Assembly: GCA_013265495.1 (NCBI GenBank)
Contig: MU058241.1
Coordinates: 124,001-188,000 of the forward strand
Length of the DNA: 64,000 bases
Reading direction: 5' to 3'
From: Vicugna vicugna
Taxonomy: Eukaryota
A program made the translations under genes and the position numbers. Below, one piece after another: positions 25,501-39,750 of the stretch (the first letter of the stretch is position 1; each line of letters opens with the position of its first letter). The notes below the pieces were generated by a model, which was not told the origin of the DNA, did not search any database, and saw only the letters and a list, made by a program, of their open reading frames with translations.

Positions 25501-26660
25501 TAGTCAGTGTTATGGCTGATTGGTTGGTATTATGGTTGAAAGAGCAAAAAATGACCTAAAATTTATGGAAAATACATGGCTTCGTCCGGTAGTAGTCACT
25601 TAGAAATGACAACAAAAGTTGCCCAATGCGCAGTTATGTAATTAGTTTGATGTGGGAAGCTGAGTTGTCCAGGAGTCTTGGGATGTTGTAGCCGTCCTGC
25701 AGTGAGCTGCAGTGGGCCCACAGGAGTGAGCCCTGGGACCTGGCCAACCTGGAGGAGTCACCTGGGCAAGGCTGCTGGTGAACACCAGTGAGAAAAAAAA
25801 ATCCCATGATAAATTATAAACCTTTACACAGATGTAGAAAGGTCTTAAGAATTTTTACTAGTTGCATTATTGCTGTATCTAATTATGTTCACTGAAGATA
25901 AGAGTAAATGAGAAACAAAGTTGCACTGAGGAATAACAGTCTGGATTTGGTGAAAATTGAAAAAAGCATATGCTTTGTTCCAAGCAGAGAAAGAGGATCT
26001 ATAAATCAGAAAATGTAAGATGGAACCAGTGGATCTGTATATGGTGGGGGTAGGTAAGAAGTTGATTCATGGCTTTTTATCCTAGGGTGGGGAACGTGCC
26101 AGAAAGATGGACTAGTGGGAATTACTTTGGGCTTTGAATTCAGAGGGACTTAGTAAAAGCTGGCTTTGACTTGTTATGGCAGCCCTAGGAAGTTGGTGTG
26201 TAAAATAGTGAAATGATAAATCACCAGCAAAGGAAGTGGTTTTGAATCCCAGCTGCTCCAGCTGGGAGCAGTGGTGTTTATACATGAGATGTAGAAAATA
26301 GTCATGGAGAGAGCTTGGAAGAAATGGTGGAAACCTTCCAGATCATACAGAGGCCTGAGGATCCCTTTTTCTGCTTAAAATTTTTGAGGTTGAGCAAAAT
26401 CTTCCCAGTTCATGCCTAGAAAATCAGGGGGCTTCTGTCATCTCAGGTCACTGTAGCTGCTGTACATTCCTGTGTGTAACGACTTGATGGACAGGAATTG
26501 TGAAAACAAGGGAAGAAGGTGAAGAATTGCCAGCCTGTTACTCGGTTTCAACAGAAACACTGGAAAGCTTGAGCACCGAACATGCTGCTTCCTGAGAAGG
26601 GAAACATGGAGTATTTGACAACACTTTCTGACAGCAGAAAGGAACCAGTCTGGCTTAGAC

Positions 26661-27012
26661 CAGGGGTTGGTAAACTTTTACTGCAAAGGGCCAGATAATA
26701 AATATTTTCAGATTTGTGAGCCACACAGTCTGTTGTAAGGATTCAGCTCTGCTGCGGTAACATGGAAGGCAGCCACAGACAACATCCCAACAGATGAGCG
26801 TAGCTGTGTTCCTGTAAAACTTGATGCATGGACAGTGAAATTTGAATTTCATGTAGTTTTCATGGGTCATGATGTATTATTATTCTTTTGATTTTGTTCA
26901 ACAATTTGAAAATGTCAAAGCAGCTTTTACCTTGAGGACTATGCAAAAACAGGTGGTGGGCCGGATGTGCCCTTGGGCTGTGGTTTGCGGTGCCCTGGCT
27001 TGCTGACCCCTG
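26661..27012 (+). mobile_element. MER58B-like hAT-Charlie element, near full length
   Basis: Terminal inverted repeats CAGGGGT...ACCCCTG and a typical internal sequence. Confidence 0.85.
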
Positions 27013-28309
27013 GTTCAGAATAATGACAATGCTGAAGGAACCAAGATATTGAAAGGCAAAGTGGGTCTCAGTCAAGACCAAGACAGGAAAGCTTGCCTAG
27101 GTTACTGTGAAGTACAGTTTTCTCTTCTATCTTTGTTGTTCATGGGATTGGCGGCTCACACTGCAGCTATAGTTGAATAAATTAATTCTGATTTGTTGTA
27201 CATTTCCGGTGTGGGTTTAGCAGTTTTTAGTTTATCCCTTCCACAAGTGGACTATTGTTGTTGTTTACAATTGAAGCCCAAGAATAGGAGAATACTGGTA
27301 GTCTAAAGACATTCCTTAACTGGGTAAAACCATTTCTTAAAACCTCTTTCCTCCATGACTATTTTCTAGTTATCTTTGTGCTCCCTCCCTGGTGCCCTGG
27401 GCCAGAGGCTCACTGCACTGTTTGTTTGTCCTCCTGTGTGCAGTAGCACAGCTTACCCCTATTCCTAGTTTCCCAGGCGTGTAGGGCAGCCCTCTGTCTG
27501 AGTCCTGTCTGGTGGAATGTGACTGAAATGACCTCCGGTCCCAGCCCCAAACGGCCTTATGTGCAGTGTTCCACACTCTCTCTCTTCTTCCCTTGGTGTG
27601 CCTGGAGGCAGGTGCTTTCTGATCTTAGAATTTGGCAGATCTGCAAGTTGGGGCAGGGGGATGTACTTGTGTGTTGGAATGTTGTGTGAGGAAGAAATAA
27701 TGTTTATTCTGTTAAACTGGCAGGGCTGTTTGTTACAGCAGTGATCCTACTCTGACTAATTCATGTTGGTTTCTGAAGATAGGGTACACCTAACAAAACA
27801 GTGCCTGGAGACAGACGATTCCTATTCTAGCAATCATTCACTCATGCTTGGCCCTGTGTCCAAAATCACTCACCTTACCCCAGAACTCTGACTTGTTTCT
27901 CACGGTCACTTTCTAGGACCATCCTCAGCTGGCATGCCTCATGGTTTGTGCCCCAGCCCTCATCTGCTAGTTGATCATCTCTCTCCTATGCTGGGTTCTG
28001 TCTTTGAGAGCCATTCATGCTGCTCAGATGAATTCTTCTCAGTTTTGCTTGCATCTTTTTAAGCCTTCAAGTTAATGGGTGACCAATGGCACAGAGGATA
28101 CTTTTAGAGGGCACAGAAATAGAAGGTGGGTACATGTCTCTGTAAGCTGAAGATAGGTGAGGAGTGTGAGTCAGTTCAGGAATGAGGTCATCACGTCCGC
28201 TGATGACAACCCCACAGTAGCCTGGGGTGTCTAGAGGGCTGGCAGGATGCAGTGGTCGAGTGTTAATTTGCGACGTGTAGATATGTTATGGTCTGTTAAT
28301 TTTTAAAGG

Positions 28310-28612
28310 CTACTGTATATGCTAGTGAAAATATATTAATGATCATATATATTAATATATACATCACATAACATAATTATGGACTGTAGTGACATATATT
28401 ATATAAATACAGTTATATGTCATCAAATGCATAGTTGTATTCTATAACATAGTATCAAAGTGTTAGATATTACATAATTATGTATTATTTTTGATATATA
28501 CAAGTATATGTATTTAATATATTTATATGTAATTTTCATATATAATTATTATATAATATTATATAAAATAGTATGTTTTAGAATATGTATACATATATAC
28601 ATATACACACAC
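28310..28612. repeat. AT-rich / (TA)n low-complexity tract
   Basis: Read directly. Confidence 0.85.
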
Positions 28613-29839
28613 ATGGTTATTGGTGTCTGTTCTACTGAAGCAGAGGCTGAGTTTTGTTTTGTTTTGTTTTGTTTTTTTTCTCAGGATGTAGCATTTTGTT
28701 TTTCCAGATGCTAGTTGATTTACCTCCTGAAATAAGGAACGTAATATTGTGGGTAATCTCAAGTGTCAGATGGTGTGATTGCAGAGGCTGAGTGTTTTGT
28801 CTCACTGTACGCACCTGATATCTGGCACAAAGCATTCGAGAATCCCCACAGCATCCCCGCCACCAGGAGCAGCCCCGAGGGATTTTCAGTGCAGTAATCA
28901 GGTCATACTCTGCCACGTTTATGGGTTTGCACGTGCACGTGTCACAGTGACTGATCCGTTTGTCAACATGCAGTAGAGCCCGCTGTGAGAAAGGGCACAC
29001 GCGGCAGTTTCCATGAGCGGAAACCCTTGTAGGGCAGCACACAAACCTAACCCTAGCATTGTTCCATGTCCTTCGTATTCCCCGCCCGTCTCCCCTCTCC
29101 CACTGCTTTTCCCATCTCAGCAGTGGAAACTCCATCCTTCCGGTAGCTCGGGCCAAAAACTTTCGAGTTGTTCATGTGTGTGTCTTTCTCTCCAGCCCAA
29201 GGCAATCCGTCAGGAGGTCCTTCTGGCTCTAGCTTCAATGTAGATGCAGATCTGACCCTTTATCCCAGTCTCTTCTGCTGCTAGGCTGCTCTGAGCTGCT
29301 GTCATCTTTCTTCTGCAGTCCTCGTTTTATCCACTGTAATGAGAGTGATTTTGTCAGTGGGCAGTAGAAGAGAGACAAAGGGATCTACAGATGAATAAGA
29401 ACTGAGCAACAGAGGTCCTGAGTAGACGCAACTGGTCTATTTATCAGTGAGGGAGGACAGGGAAAGGAAAGGATGCTTCTGCGGGAGGAAGTCAGGTCTT
29501 GGTTGGTTGGTAGAAGTTACGAGAGAAAATTCTGAGTTGACGTCTAGGTTGTGGAGCACTGCTTGATAGAGTCTTGCCCCTTGTAGGGGTCTGGTGGGCG
29601 AGGAGTGTGGGGAGGCAGCTTAGAACATTCTTAGGTGACTTCGAGGGAGGAGAGGAATCAGGTTTGTGCAAGTGCTTTCGAAGGCCTTGTAGAAGCATTT
29701 TGCTGAAGGCAAAATAACACAACTTAAGGGTGAGGGTCAGTCAGCTGCTTCTGGAGGGGTAATGGGGATGCCTGGGGATTGTGTGAACATGCACATGCTG
29801 TTCCTGTAGTTCTGGGTGGGGCTGACCTCCTGCTTTTCT

Positions 29840-30793
29840 TCTCTTTCTTTCTTTTTTTAAAATTGAAGTATAGCGGATTTACAATATTGTGCTAGTTTCA
29901 GTTATATAACATAGTGATTCTCTATCTTTGCAGATTACATTCCATTGTAGGTTATCACAAGATATTGGGTATAGTTCCCTAGGCTATACTGTAAATCCTA
30001 GTTGCTCATCTATTTCATGTATAGTAGTTTGCATCTGTTGATCCCGTACTCCTACCTGCATTTCTTTTTTGAAAAAAATTTTAATTGAGATACAGTCAGT
30101 TACAGTGTGTCAACTTCTGGTGTACAGCACAATGTCCCAGTCATGCATATATATACATATATTCATTTTCATTAAAGGTTATTACAAGATATTGAGTATA
30201 GTTCCCTGTGCTACACAGAAGAAACTTTAAAAAAAATCTATTTTTATATATAGTGGCTAACATTTGCAAATCTCAAACTCCCAAATTTATCCCTTCCCAC
30301 CCCCTTTCCCTGGTAATCAAAAGATTGTTCACTATGTCTGTCAGTCTGTTTCTGTTTTGTAGATGAGTTCATAGGGTCCTTTTTATCTTTTTTTTTTAGA
30401 TTCCACACATGAGTGGTAACATATGGTATTTTTCTATCTCTTTCTGGCTTACTTCACTTAGAATGATGATCTCTAGGTCCATCCATGTTGCTGCACATGG
30501 CATTATTTTATTCTTTTTTATGGCCGAAATAGTATTCCTTTATATAAATATACCACAACTTCTTTATCCAGTCACCTGTTGATGGACATTTAGGTTGTTT
30601 CCATGTCTTGACTGTTGTATATAATGCTTCTGTGAACATTGGGGTGCATGTGTCTTTTCAAATTAGAGTTCCCTCTGGATATATACCCGGGAGTGGGATT
30701 GCCGGTCATATGGTAAGTCTATTTTTAGTTTTTGAGGCGTCTCCGTACTGTTTTCCATAATGGCTGCACCAAACTGCATTCCCCGCAGCAGTG
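29840..30793 (-). mobile_element. Two adjacent 5'-truncated L1 3' ends (29840-30047 and 30066-30793) inside a MER5A
   Basis: Two poly-T heads. 18-bp TSD ACTCCTACCTGCATTTCT at 30048-30065 and 30794-30811. MER5A text on both outer sides. Confidence 0.85.
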
Positions 30794-31214
30794 ACTCCTA
30801 CCTGCATTTCTCCGAGGCTCCCAGGTGATGCTGAGGCTGTTGGCATCTGCGGATAGCCTGGGGCCATGCTATTGTATCATTGTCTCTACCTGGTGAAACT
30901 TTAGGTCCCTCTTCTTTAATCCACCTACAGTTGCCGAGTTATGCATCTTCGTCTCTGTTTCCTTCAGTTGATTTGGGGTAGGTAAACTGCTGCTATTTTT
31001 GCGTTTTGGTTGCCAGATCCATAGGGTATGTTTTTTTTTCCCCCACTTAGTGCCACTTAAAGTCCATTAAGAGGCATTAAAAAAAGTGACACAAATACAA
31101 GATTTTATAGGTGTCTTGAACAGTCTCTCCCAAAAAAGAAAACATAAACTCTTTTGGAACATAGACCTTACAGATAAGGAAGCAAAATGTTTTTCAAACC
31201 TTTGAAATCATTCA

Positions 31215-31730
31215 TTTAAAAAAACTGAGGTGAAATTTGCAGAAAATAAAACTAATCATTTGAAGTGAACAATTCATTGGCATGTAGTATATTCACCACG
31301 TTGTGCAGCCACCACCTCCATGTAGTTCCGAAACATTTTCATCACCCCAAAATGAAGCTCTCTATGCACTGAGCAGTCCCTCCTTGTTTTCTCCTTCCCT
31401 AAGCTTTTGGCAGCTGCTAATCTAGTCTGCTTTCTGTCTCAATGGTTTGCCTCTTCAGGGTATTTCATATAAATGGAGGCATATAATATTTGTCTTTTTA
31501 TGCTTGGCTTCTTTCATTAGCATAATGTTTTCAAGGTTCATCCCCATTGTAGCTTGTGTTAGTATTTTATTCATTTTATGGCAGGATAATATTCTATTGC
31601 ATATATACATCACAATTTGTGTATCCATTCATCCTTTAGTGGACTTTTAGGTTGTTTCCATCTTTTGACAGTTGTGACTAGTGTCTCTGTGAACATTTGT
31701 GTAAATTGTGCATTTCTGTTTGTTTAGGGA
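31215..31730 (-). mobile_element. L1MB-like 3' fragment
   Basis: aacattttcatcaccccaaaa...tttcattagcataatgttttcaaggttcatcc. Confidence 0.8.
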
Positions 31731-32232
31731 GTGATTCTTTCTGAAAAATGCAAGTTGATTTTGAAGTGATTTGAGGAGATTCATCAAAGGTTGGACACTA
31801 ATATTCAAATTCAAAAATGAAACAAAATGACTTTCTAATGCAAACCTCAAGGTATTCTAAATTGTTGCAAGTAATGAACAGTCTCCTGTGAAAGAAACTC
31901 TTCAACTGCTTATTCAAGGATCCTGGGATTTCTAGGCACAAAAGGGACAGTGAATGCAGCCCTCTGTAGTGTCACGGGAGATCAAGAGAGATTTCTTCTC
32001 AGAATTCTTTCAAAGATCCTCAGGACTTCAGAGATGCCTGCAGTGCCCACAGTGGAGGTGTCTGCCTGCCTGGGAAAGCACTGCCTGAAAAGTCTCTATC
32101 TCACACTGAAGCTGTTAGAACTTAGAATCACCTGGAAGGTCAGCGATACTGAAATGCAACATAAATACACACCTGTCATCTCAGGGACCCAGAGAGGCTT
32201 CTGCGCTTTTCTGGAAGTTAGGTGGAAAGAGG

Positions 32233-32267
<35 letters not shown>

Positions 32268-33100
32268 GCAGTCATACTGTTTTTCCCAAACAGCAGGGCT
32301 TATCTGCTCTGAGATGTCATCAGAGCCTACATAAGCTGAAGTCTGAAAGGGTGACCGTGCTGGTTGCTGATCACTCCAGACTGAGGGCTGTGATTAAGAT
32401 TTATCCTTGAGCAGCTGCAGAGCCTCTGTTCCCATCTGTCCTGGAATTGGCCCCATATGGCAGGGCTGGTCGGGCAGGGCTGGCAGGAAATCATGTGTTC
32501 CTCAGCTGTGGTTGTGGGCATTCAGGGGGCAGATACTAAAATCCTGTCTAGGATGGAATGAGACTGGTCCCAAATGGCTTGTCCAGCCAATGGCACAGGA
32601 AGGGACCTTGGGGTGATGGAACGTGGACTGCCACTGAGTCAGAACCAGGAACCTGAGACTGGGGGTCCAGCAGGCTGAGCTTGGATGTGGAGCTCCTGCA
32701 CCAGCACTGGCTCTTCTGCATTGCTCCTGCATTTCCTGGCGGGGAGGCCCTTTGATAGGAGCGAGGCTGGAGGGTGGGTCAGCACAGAAGCCCTAAGGTG
32801 AGGATTGGTGAATAGGGACGGTTGACTGTGCCTGTGGAAAAATTTAGACTCAATTATCATTTCATGGAAGCATTGCAGATTTCCACTCTAGAGAGACCTG
32901 GTAAAGCCATTAAAGCCAGATGCATTTGGTGGGGAGGAAGCATTCTTGATTTTAGAACTTGGGTTCACCATGCTTCCTTACCGGAGAGCATTTAAGTCAG
33001 GAGTGATGGGTACAATAAAAAATCAGAGGTAGCTTGAGTTCTCGTTGATGCTGGTGACGGTTAGGTTTGTATGTGGGAAGGATACATGGCTGCCTCTCTC

Positions 33101-34895
33101 TCTCTTTTTTTTTTTTAACATTTTTTATTGATTTATAATCATTTTACAATGTTGTGTCAAATTCCAGTGTAGAGCACAATTTTTCAATTATACATGAACA
33201 TATATATATATTCATTGTCACATTGCTTTCTCTGTGAGCTTACCATAAGATCTTGTATACATTTCCCTGTGCTATACAGTATAATCTTGTTTATCTATTC
33301 TACGATTTTGAAATCCCAGTCTATCTCTTCCCACCCCCCACCCCCTTGGCAACCCCATCTGTATTCTATGTCTATGAGTCTATTTCTGTTCTGTATTTAT
33401 GCTTTGTTTGTTTGTTTGTTTGTTTTTTCAGATTCCACATATGAGTGATCTCATACGGTATTTTTCTTTCTCTTTCTGGCTTTCTTCACTTAGAATGACA
33501 TTCTCCAGGAGCATCCATGTTGCTGCAAATGGCATATTGATGGTTTTTATGGCTGAGTAGTATTCCACTGTATAAATATACTACATCTTCTTTATCCAGT
33601 CATCTATTGATGGACATTTAGGCTTTTTTCCATGTCTTGTCTATTGTAAATAGTGCTGCTTTGAACATTGAGGTGCAGGTGTCATCCTGAAGTAGCATTC
33701 CTTCTGGATATGTGCCCAGGAGTGAGATCCCTGGGTCATATGGTAAGTCTATTCCTAGTCTTTTGAGGAATCTGCATACTGTTTTCCACAGTGGCTGCAC
33801 CAAACTGCATTCCCACCAGCAGTGTAGGAGGGTTCCCTTTTCTCCACAGCCTCTCCAGCATTTGTCATTTGTGGACTTTTGAATGCTGGCCATTCTGACT
33901 GGTGTGAGGTGATACCTCATTGTAGTTTTGATTTGCATTTCTCTGATAATTAGTGATATTGAGCATTTTTTCATGTGCCTTTTGATCATTTGTATGTCTT
34001 CCTTGGAGAATTGCTTGTTTAGGTCTTCTGCCCATTTTTGGATTGGGTTGTTTATTTTCTTCTTATTGAGTCGTATGAGCTGCTTATATATTCTGGAGAT
34101 CAAGCCTTTGTTGGTTTCATTTGCAAAAATTTTTTCCCATTCCGTAGGTTGTCTTTTTGTTTTACTTATGGTTTCCTTTGCTGTGCAGAAGCTTGTAAGT
34201 TTGATTAGGTCTCATTTGTTTATTCTTGCTTTTATTTCTGTTGCTTGAGTAGACTGATCTAGGAGGACATTTTTGAGATGTATGTCAGATAATGTTTTGC
34301 CTATGTTTTCCTCTAGGAGGTTTATTGTATCTTGTCTTATGTTTAAGTCTTTGATCCATTTTGAGTTGATTTTTGTATATGGTGTAAGGGTGTGTTCTAG
34401 CTTCATTGTTTTACATGCTGCTGTCCAGTTTTCCCAACACCATTTGCTGAAGAGACTGTCTTTATTCCATTGTATATTCTTGCCTCCTTTGTCGAAGATT
34501 AGTTGACCAAAAGTTTGTGGGTTCATTTCTATGCTCTCTATTCTGTTCCATTGGTCTATATGTCTGTTTTTGTACTAATACCATGCTGTCTTGATGACTG
34601 TAGCTCTGTAGTATTGTCTGAAGTCTGGGAGAGTAATTCCTCCAGCCTCTTTCTTTCTCTTTAGTAATCCTTTGGCAATTCTAGGTCTTTGATGGTTCCA
34701 TATAAATTTTATTATGATTTGTTCTAGTTCTGTGAAATATGTCCTGGGTAATTTGATAGGGATTGCATTAAACCTGTAGATTGCCTCGGGCAGTGTGACC
34801 ATTTTAACAATATTGATTCTTCCAATCCAAGAGCATGGGATATTTTTCCATTTTTTAAAGTCTTCTTTAATTTCCTTCATCAATGGTTTATAGTT
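33101..34895 (-). mobile_element. Relatively young 5'-truncated L1 (ORF2 C-terminal third plus 3' UTR)
   Basis: ORFs 34575-34883, 34212-34526 and 33618-34103 are in one frame and translate as L1 ORF2 ([44 protein letters not shown]). Confidence 0.97.
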
Positions 34896-37894
34896 ATTTT
34901 AAGATTGCCTGCCTGAACGTAATCTCCTCTTGGTCAGACAAGGGCCCCTCCCCTTCAGAGGACTTCATCTCTTAGGCTCTTTATATATTCATAGCTGTAT
35001 TTCACATTGCTTTGGGGCGTTCCCTATTCTTTTTAACTCTACCTTGTCACACCAGCTAGACACTGGGCTTATTGGTACAGATCTGAAGCTGTCACCACTA
35101 GCAATTTTCACTTATCTGATGGCTCAAACACTAAATATGTGGACGTCCCCTCTGGAAGGTCATGAGCCTATGTAACCAGGATGGATTAACCCTGACTGGC
35201 TACTCGCTGTCTCTGAGGGGGGATTGGAGCTAATGGAACATGAAGTCAGAGACAACTCCAAATATTACAAAACAAAATAAAGCAAAAACACTTTATAGAA
35301 CTGCAGAGGTAAGAGGTTCAACTATAGAAAGTCCAACTGGAATTTCTAACAGGACCCCAGGTTTCAAATTTATAGTTAAAGATGGGAAGTGAGGCCACTG
35401 CCCACAGTCTAATAATACAAACAGTAAAATTGATCCAAAATAAACAAGCAGAACAGCAGAAGTATATGTGTGTAATACACTTTGTGTATAATACATATAT
35501 GTGCATATTTATGTGTATGTATGTAATCTTCACATTTGAAGTGGTAGATACTGCAGTTTTTCCATACATTATACTAGAGTAGAAAGCTTGTCATCCCCTA
35601 CTCTTCCACAAGTTTGTTGAAAATATTACACTTGCAATGAATATTTCTTGATGTTTAAAAAAATATATAAATTTGCTCAGCGCAGCTTATATAGTAATAA
35701 TTACATGTCGGAAATGAAAAGAGAATTTCAAAGTAACTTGGTCCTTAGAAAGCTTTACTTTGTTTTAGTGGCGAATTTCAGCCTTCACATTTCATGGTGT
35801 TCATCATGGGTTATTTTATTTTATTTTTTGCTTTTTGTTTTTTGCCTTTAGTGCTATTGGCTTGGACTAGCTAGCTCTGTTAGGCAGTACAGAAATGGCT
35901 CTGTTGTCTCAGATTTACACTTAAATTTACCTAACAGTTTTTTAAGCATACTAGGGGAAACGATACTTTAACCATGTTGAAAACTTTGGGTTTCTCCTTT
36001 TTACTTTCAGCTGAAGTTGGAAACACTGAAGAGTAAGGCAAAATACAAAGAAGTGTGACAAAGAAGACACATATTATAGTCTCTGTCTTTAAGGAGCTTG
36101 CAGTCAAGTCGAGGCATTTAAAACAGAAACATATGAAAAAGATAACTGAAAATTACACGTGGTAAATTTAGGGGAGTAGCCCTTCAGTGCTGGGAAATAG
36201 TTCAGGGCAGGGCAGGTTAACTCTGGCTGGAAGGCTTAGGAAAAGAGCTGCAATTCAAAACTGCAGATTTTGCAGTACGGGGGAGAGTAGGTAGGACATT
36301 ATAGGCGAAGGGAGCCAGAAAAAGTGTGGGATCAGTGTCTTTCCCATCCAGCATTTCAAAGATTGGTGATATTTATAAATTCCAAGAACTTGCTAAAACC
36401 TCTTTAGCATAAGAGAGTTCTAGGTGTATCCTGTCACTTTTGACATTCTCCCTCCATCTGCATTATCCCCCTAACTTGCAGAGAGTTAATTTTGAGAAGA
36501 GTCAGACCTGATAAAGGCCACACTCCATTTGAGCCATCTTTTTCCTTTTAAACACAGTTTTTAAGCATATCAAAATTTTGTCACTAATTATTTCTCTGAG
36601 AAAGGACTGTTCAATGAAAAACAGAAAAAAGTACGTGAAGGGAAAATGATCTCAGGGACTATAGTGTGTGTCTTTTATCATTGGTTTTTTTGGCCACCTT
36701 GGAATGGCAGGTCCTGTGTCTTGAGAAGGACCAAGCATGTTCACTTTCTTCTTTAGCCAGACTCCTACAATGTGTGGTATGGCCATCCTCTCTGACGGCG
36801 TGGCTGCATGGCCACTTTGCTTGCATGTCTGGGGATGGCACCCTGCAGGGTGGTCGGGCTGCTTTCACAGCACCCACACAGCTCCAGGTGGGACCTGGGG
36901 TGGTGCTGGCGAGGATGCGCATTGCTCTCTGCCGCCTCAGCTAGCGGACCGACCTTTCTGCTCGCCTCTTGCCTGAACACAAACAGGGAATACGTCTCTG
37001 CCTTGTTTCCCCAGTTACAGGTAATTAGCTCTGTGCTGCTGAACGCTAGTGCTTGAAATTGCATCCTCTGCATCTGCCTTATTATGAAGCTGCTCGGCTG
37101 CCTCTAGACAAAACAACATCTACGTGAGATTTGCTCTCAAGTATCTGGTGTGTGGGAGGAGGCAGCACATGACACAGTGAATGTTTCAGATCTATCATGG
37201 AAAAATACACAGCACGGCTGAATAGCGGCGTCCGGCAAACTCACGAAATTAAACACATCTTGATATAATAACCAGTATAAAGGAGTAAGCATTTCTATTT
37301 AGAACTCTCATTTCAGAGGTGGGGTGAGCCACATAAATTTTCATAGCAGTGATTTGTTTATTTTATGATTTCCCGCCCTGACCCTTCTTTCTCTTCAGTT
37401 CTCCAAGAGACAGCTATTTGGCTTATTACTGGCTTATTTGAGCTTGTGCAATTCAAATATGCTTCCCCCGCCCCCCAAATTCAATTTGTCATGCATCCAG
37501 AGTCTCATTTTGGCAAAGGCCTTCGGTGTCTGGAACTGTACTAAGATTCCAAATACTAAGGTCTGAAAAGGAGTATCTGCCTGCAGGCTGTAAAGATTTT
37601 ATCTCATGTCTTTCTAGACTACAAATCCAGCTTTCTATGAAGCTGGTTGGTACATTGGTGCCAATATCTGATGTAGGATATGATCCAGGCAGAGATAGAG
37701 GGTAGGAGGTCCATTCTAGTGCACCCCAGCCTCCCCTCACCTTTACTTTCCCTTCCATGAGGGGCTTCATCTTCCTTTCCTCAGACCACAGGTGTCTTCC
37801 AGCCACCGCTTCACCTGCCAGATTAAAAGAAAAAATCGTGTATGTTGATAAATGATGGAAAAGACCATATATATGTGTGTGAATATGTATATAT

Positions 37895-38570
37895 GTATTA
37901 GACTTTAGTTTTTAGAACAGTTTTAGGTTCACAGCAATATTGAGCAGAAGATAGAAATTTCCCATATAGCCCCTCCCCCCATAGCCTCCCCCATGATCAA
38001 CATCTCCCATCAGAGAGGTGCATTTGTTGCAGTTGATGAACCTACATTGATAGTTCATTACCACCCAAAGACCATAGTGCATTAGGGTTCACTTTTGGTG
38101 TAGTGTCTTTAAGTTTGTACAAATGTATAATGACATTTATCTATCATTACTGTATTTATACAGTATATTTTCACTGCCCTAAGAATCCTCTGTGCTCTGC
38201 CCATTCATTCCTCCCCGTAGGTGACCACTGATCTTTTTACTGTCTCCATAGTTGTTTTCCCTTTTCCAGACTGTCATATAGTTGGAATCATACAGTGTTT
38301 ACCGTTCTCAGATGGGCTTCTTTCACTTAGCAATATGCACTTAAGTTTCCTCCGTATCTTTTCATGGCTTGATAGCTCATTTGTTTTGGGCTCTGAGTAA
38401 TATTCCACCGCCTAGATGTACCACAGTTCGTCCATTCACCTACTAATTGCTTCAAAGTTTTGGTAGTTAAGAATAAAGCTACTGTAAGCATCCATGTGCA
38501 CACTTCTTGTATAGACATAAGTTTTCAACTGATTTGAGCAAATATCAGGTACAATTGCTGGATCCTTTAC
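37895..38570 (-). mobile_element. Old L1M 3' fragment
   Basis: ttttaggttcacagcaatattgagcagaag...gatgaacctacattgata...ctttcacttagcaatatgcacttaagtttcctcc. Confidence 0.85.
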
Positions 38571-39544
38571 CTTGGTATATTTTTGTATCTTACAAAAGAC
38601 TGAGAGTTTGTGTACCTATTCCAGTGTGAAGAAATGGCAATCTAACAAGAAAATGTGTGAATCGGCCAGTGGTATTGGATGTGCTGGGGTGGATAGATCG
38701 TCCTGGTCCCTTGGACACGATTCCTGGGCAGTAGTAAGACACTGTACCCATGGGTCAGATGGGCTCATGGGCAAAAGTTGGCTTAAAAGGACAACCTTCT
38801 TCATGAGTTAAATGTGATTTCATCACAAGCTTGCTCAGAAAGACACTGTTTTTCTAGTCTCAACCTCTGAAATCTTGAGCCCCCATTCTTTGGCTTTCTC
38901 CACTCCATTTTAGTACCACCACCCCAGCTCTGGGTTTATGGAATGGAAGTTGCAGATTCCTGCATCTTACTCTCTGAGCTTGTGCCCTGTGTGTCATATT
39001 CCTCAGCCTCCTTACTTACCTACCAATAAAGACCAAAGGCCAAGTGGTTCTCTTTCCTCTCTACTTATCTGCCCACTTCCCAAGATTGTTTTGACCTCCC
39101 CAGTCTATACATCAATTTCATCTTATGAAAGCTCTTCCTTGGCATCTTATCTTCCTGCAACCACTGCCTGTTTCTCTTATCCTTTGTGAAAGAGCTGGAC
39201 AAGTGGTCACCAGGACTCCCTTCCCCTTCCATAGTGCAGAGATGTTGCTGGGAGTGTCATCCAGCTCAAGACTATTTGGCAGCCCTCTTGCCTTGAGGAG
39301 GGATGTGGTGACTAGTCCTGGTGAGATGTGGATGTCCCTTTGGGAAAAGGTGAAGGACAGTGGAGTCACAAAGGGGGCAGAGCCTAGGTGTCCAGAGCAT
39401 CCTTGGAGGAAACCTTACTGATGCTAGGAATACAGGACTGTATTGGATTGTTACAGGAGCAAGAGTAAAGTTGTATGAATGATAAAAAACATACATAGAG
39501 ACATGTGGGCTTATTTGTGATGGCAGCTCATGTTACTGTAACTC

Positions 39545-39750
39545 AGGGTTCAGCAGCCTCCAACCTGTGAGCCAGATTAGCCTGTTACCTGTTTCTGTAA
39601 ATAAAGTTTTATTGGCACGCGGCCACAGTCATTCATTCACATATTTCTGTGGCTGCTTTCCCACTACAGTGGCAGTAGTTGTAACCGAGACCCTGTGACT
39701 GTCAGAGCTGCTTACTTTTGACCCTCAGCAGAAAAGTTTGCCAGCCAGTG
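39545..39750 (-). mobile_element. MER58A-like element
   Basis: tgtaaataaagttttattggcacgcggccac...aaaagtttgccagcc. Confidence 0.75.

Noticed and set aside
33618..34883. Reverse-transcriptase-related ORFs as a novel retro-system
   Set aside because: These are ordinary 5'-truncated LINE-1 ORF2 fragments with stops.
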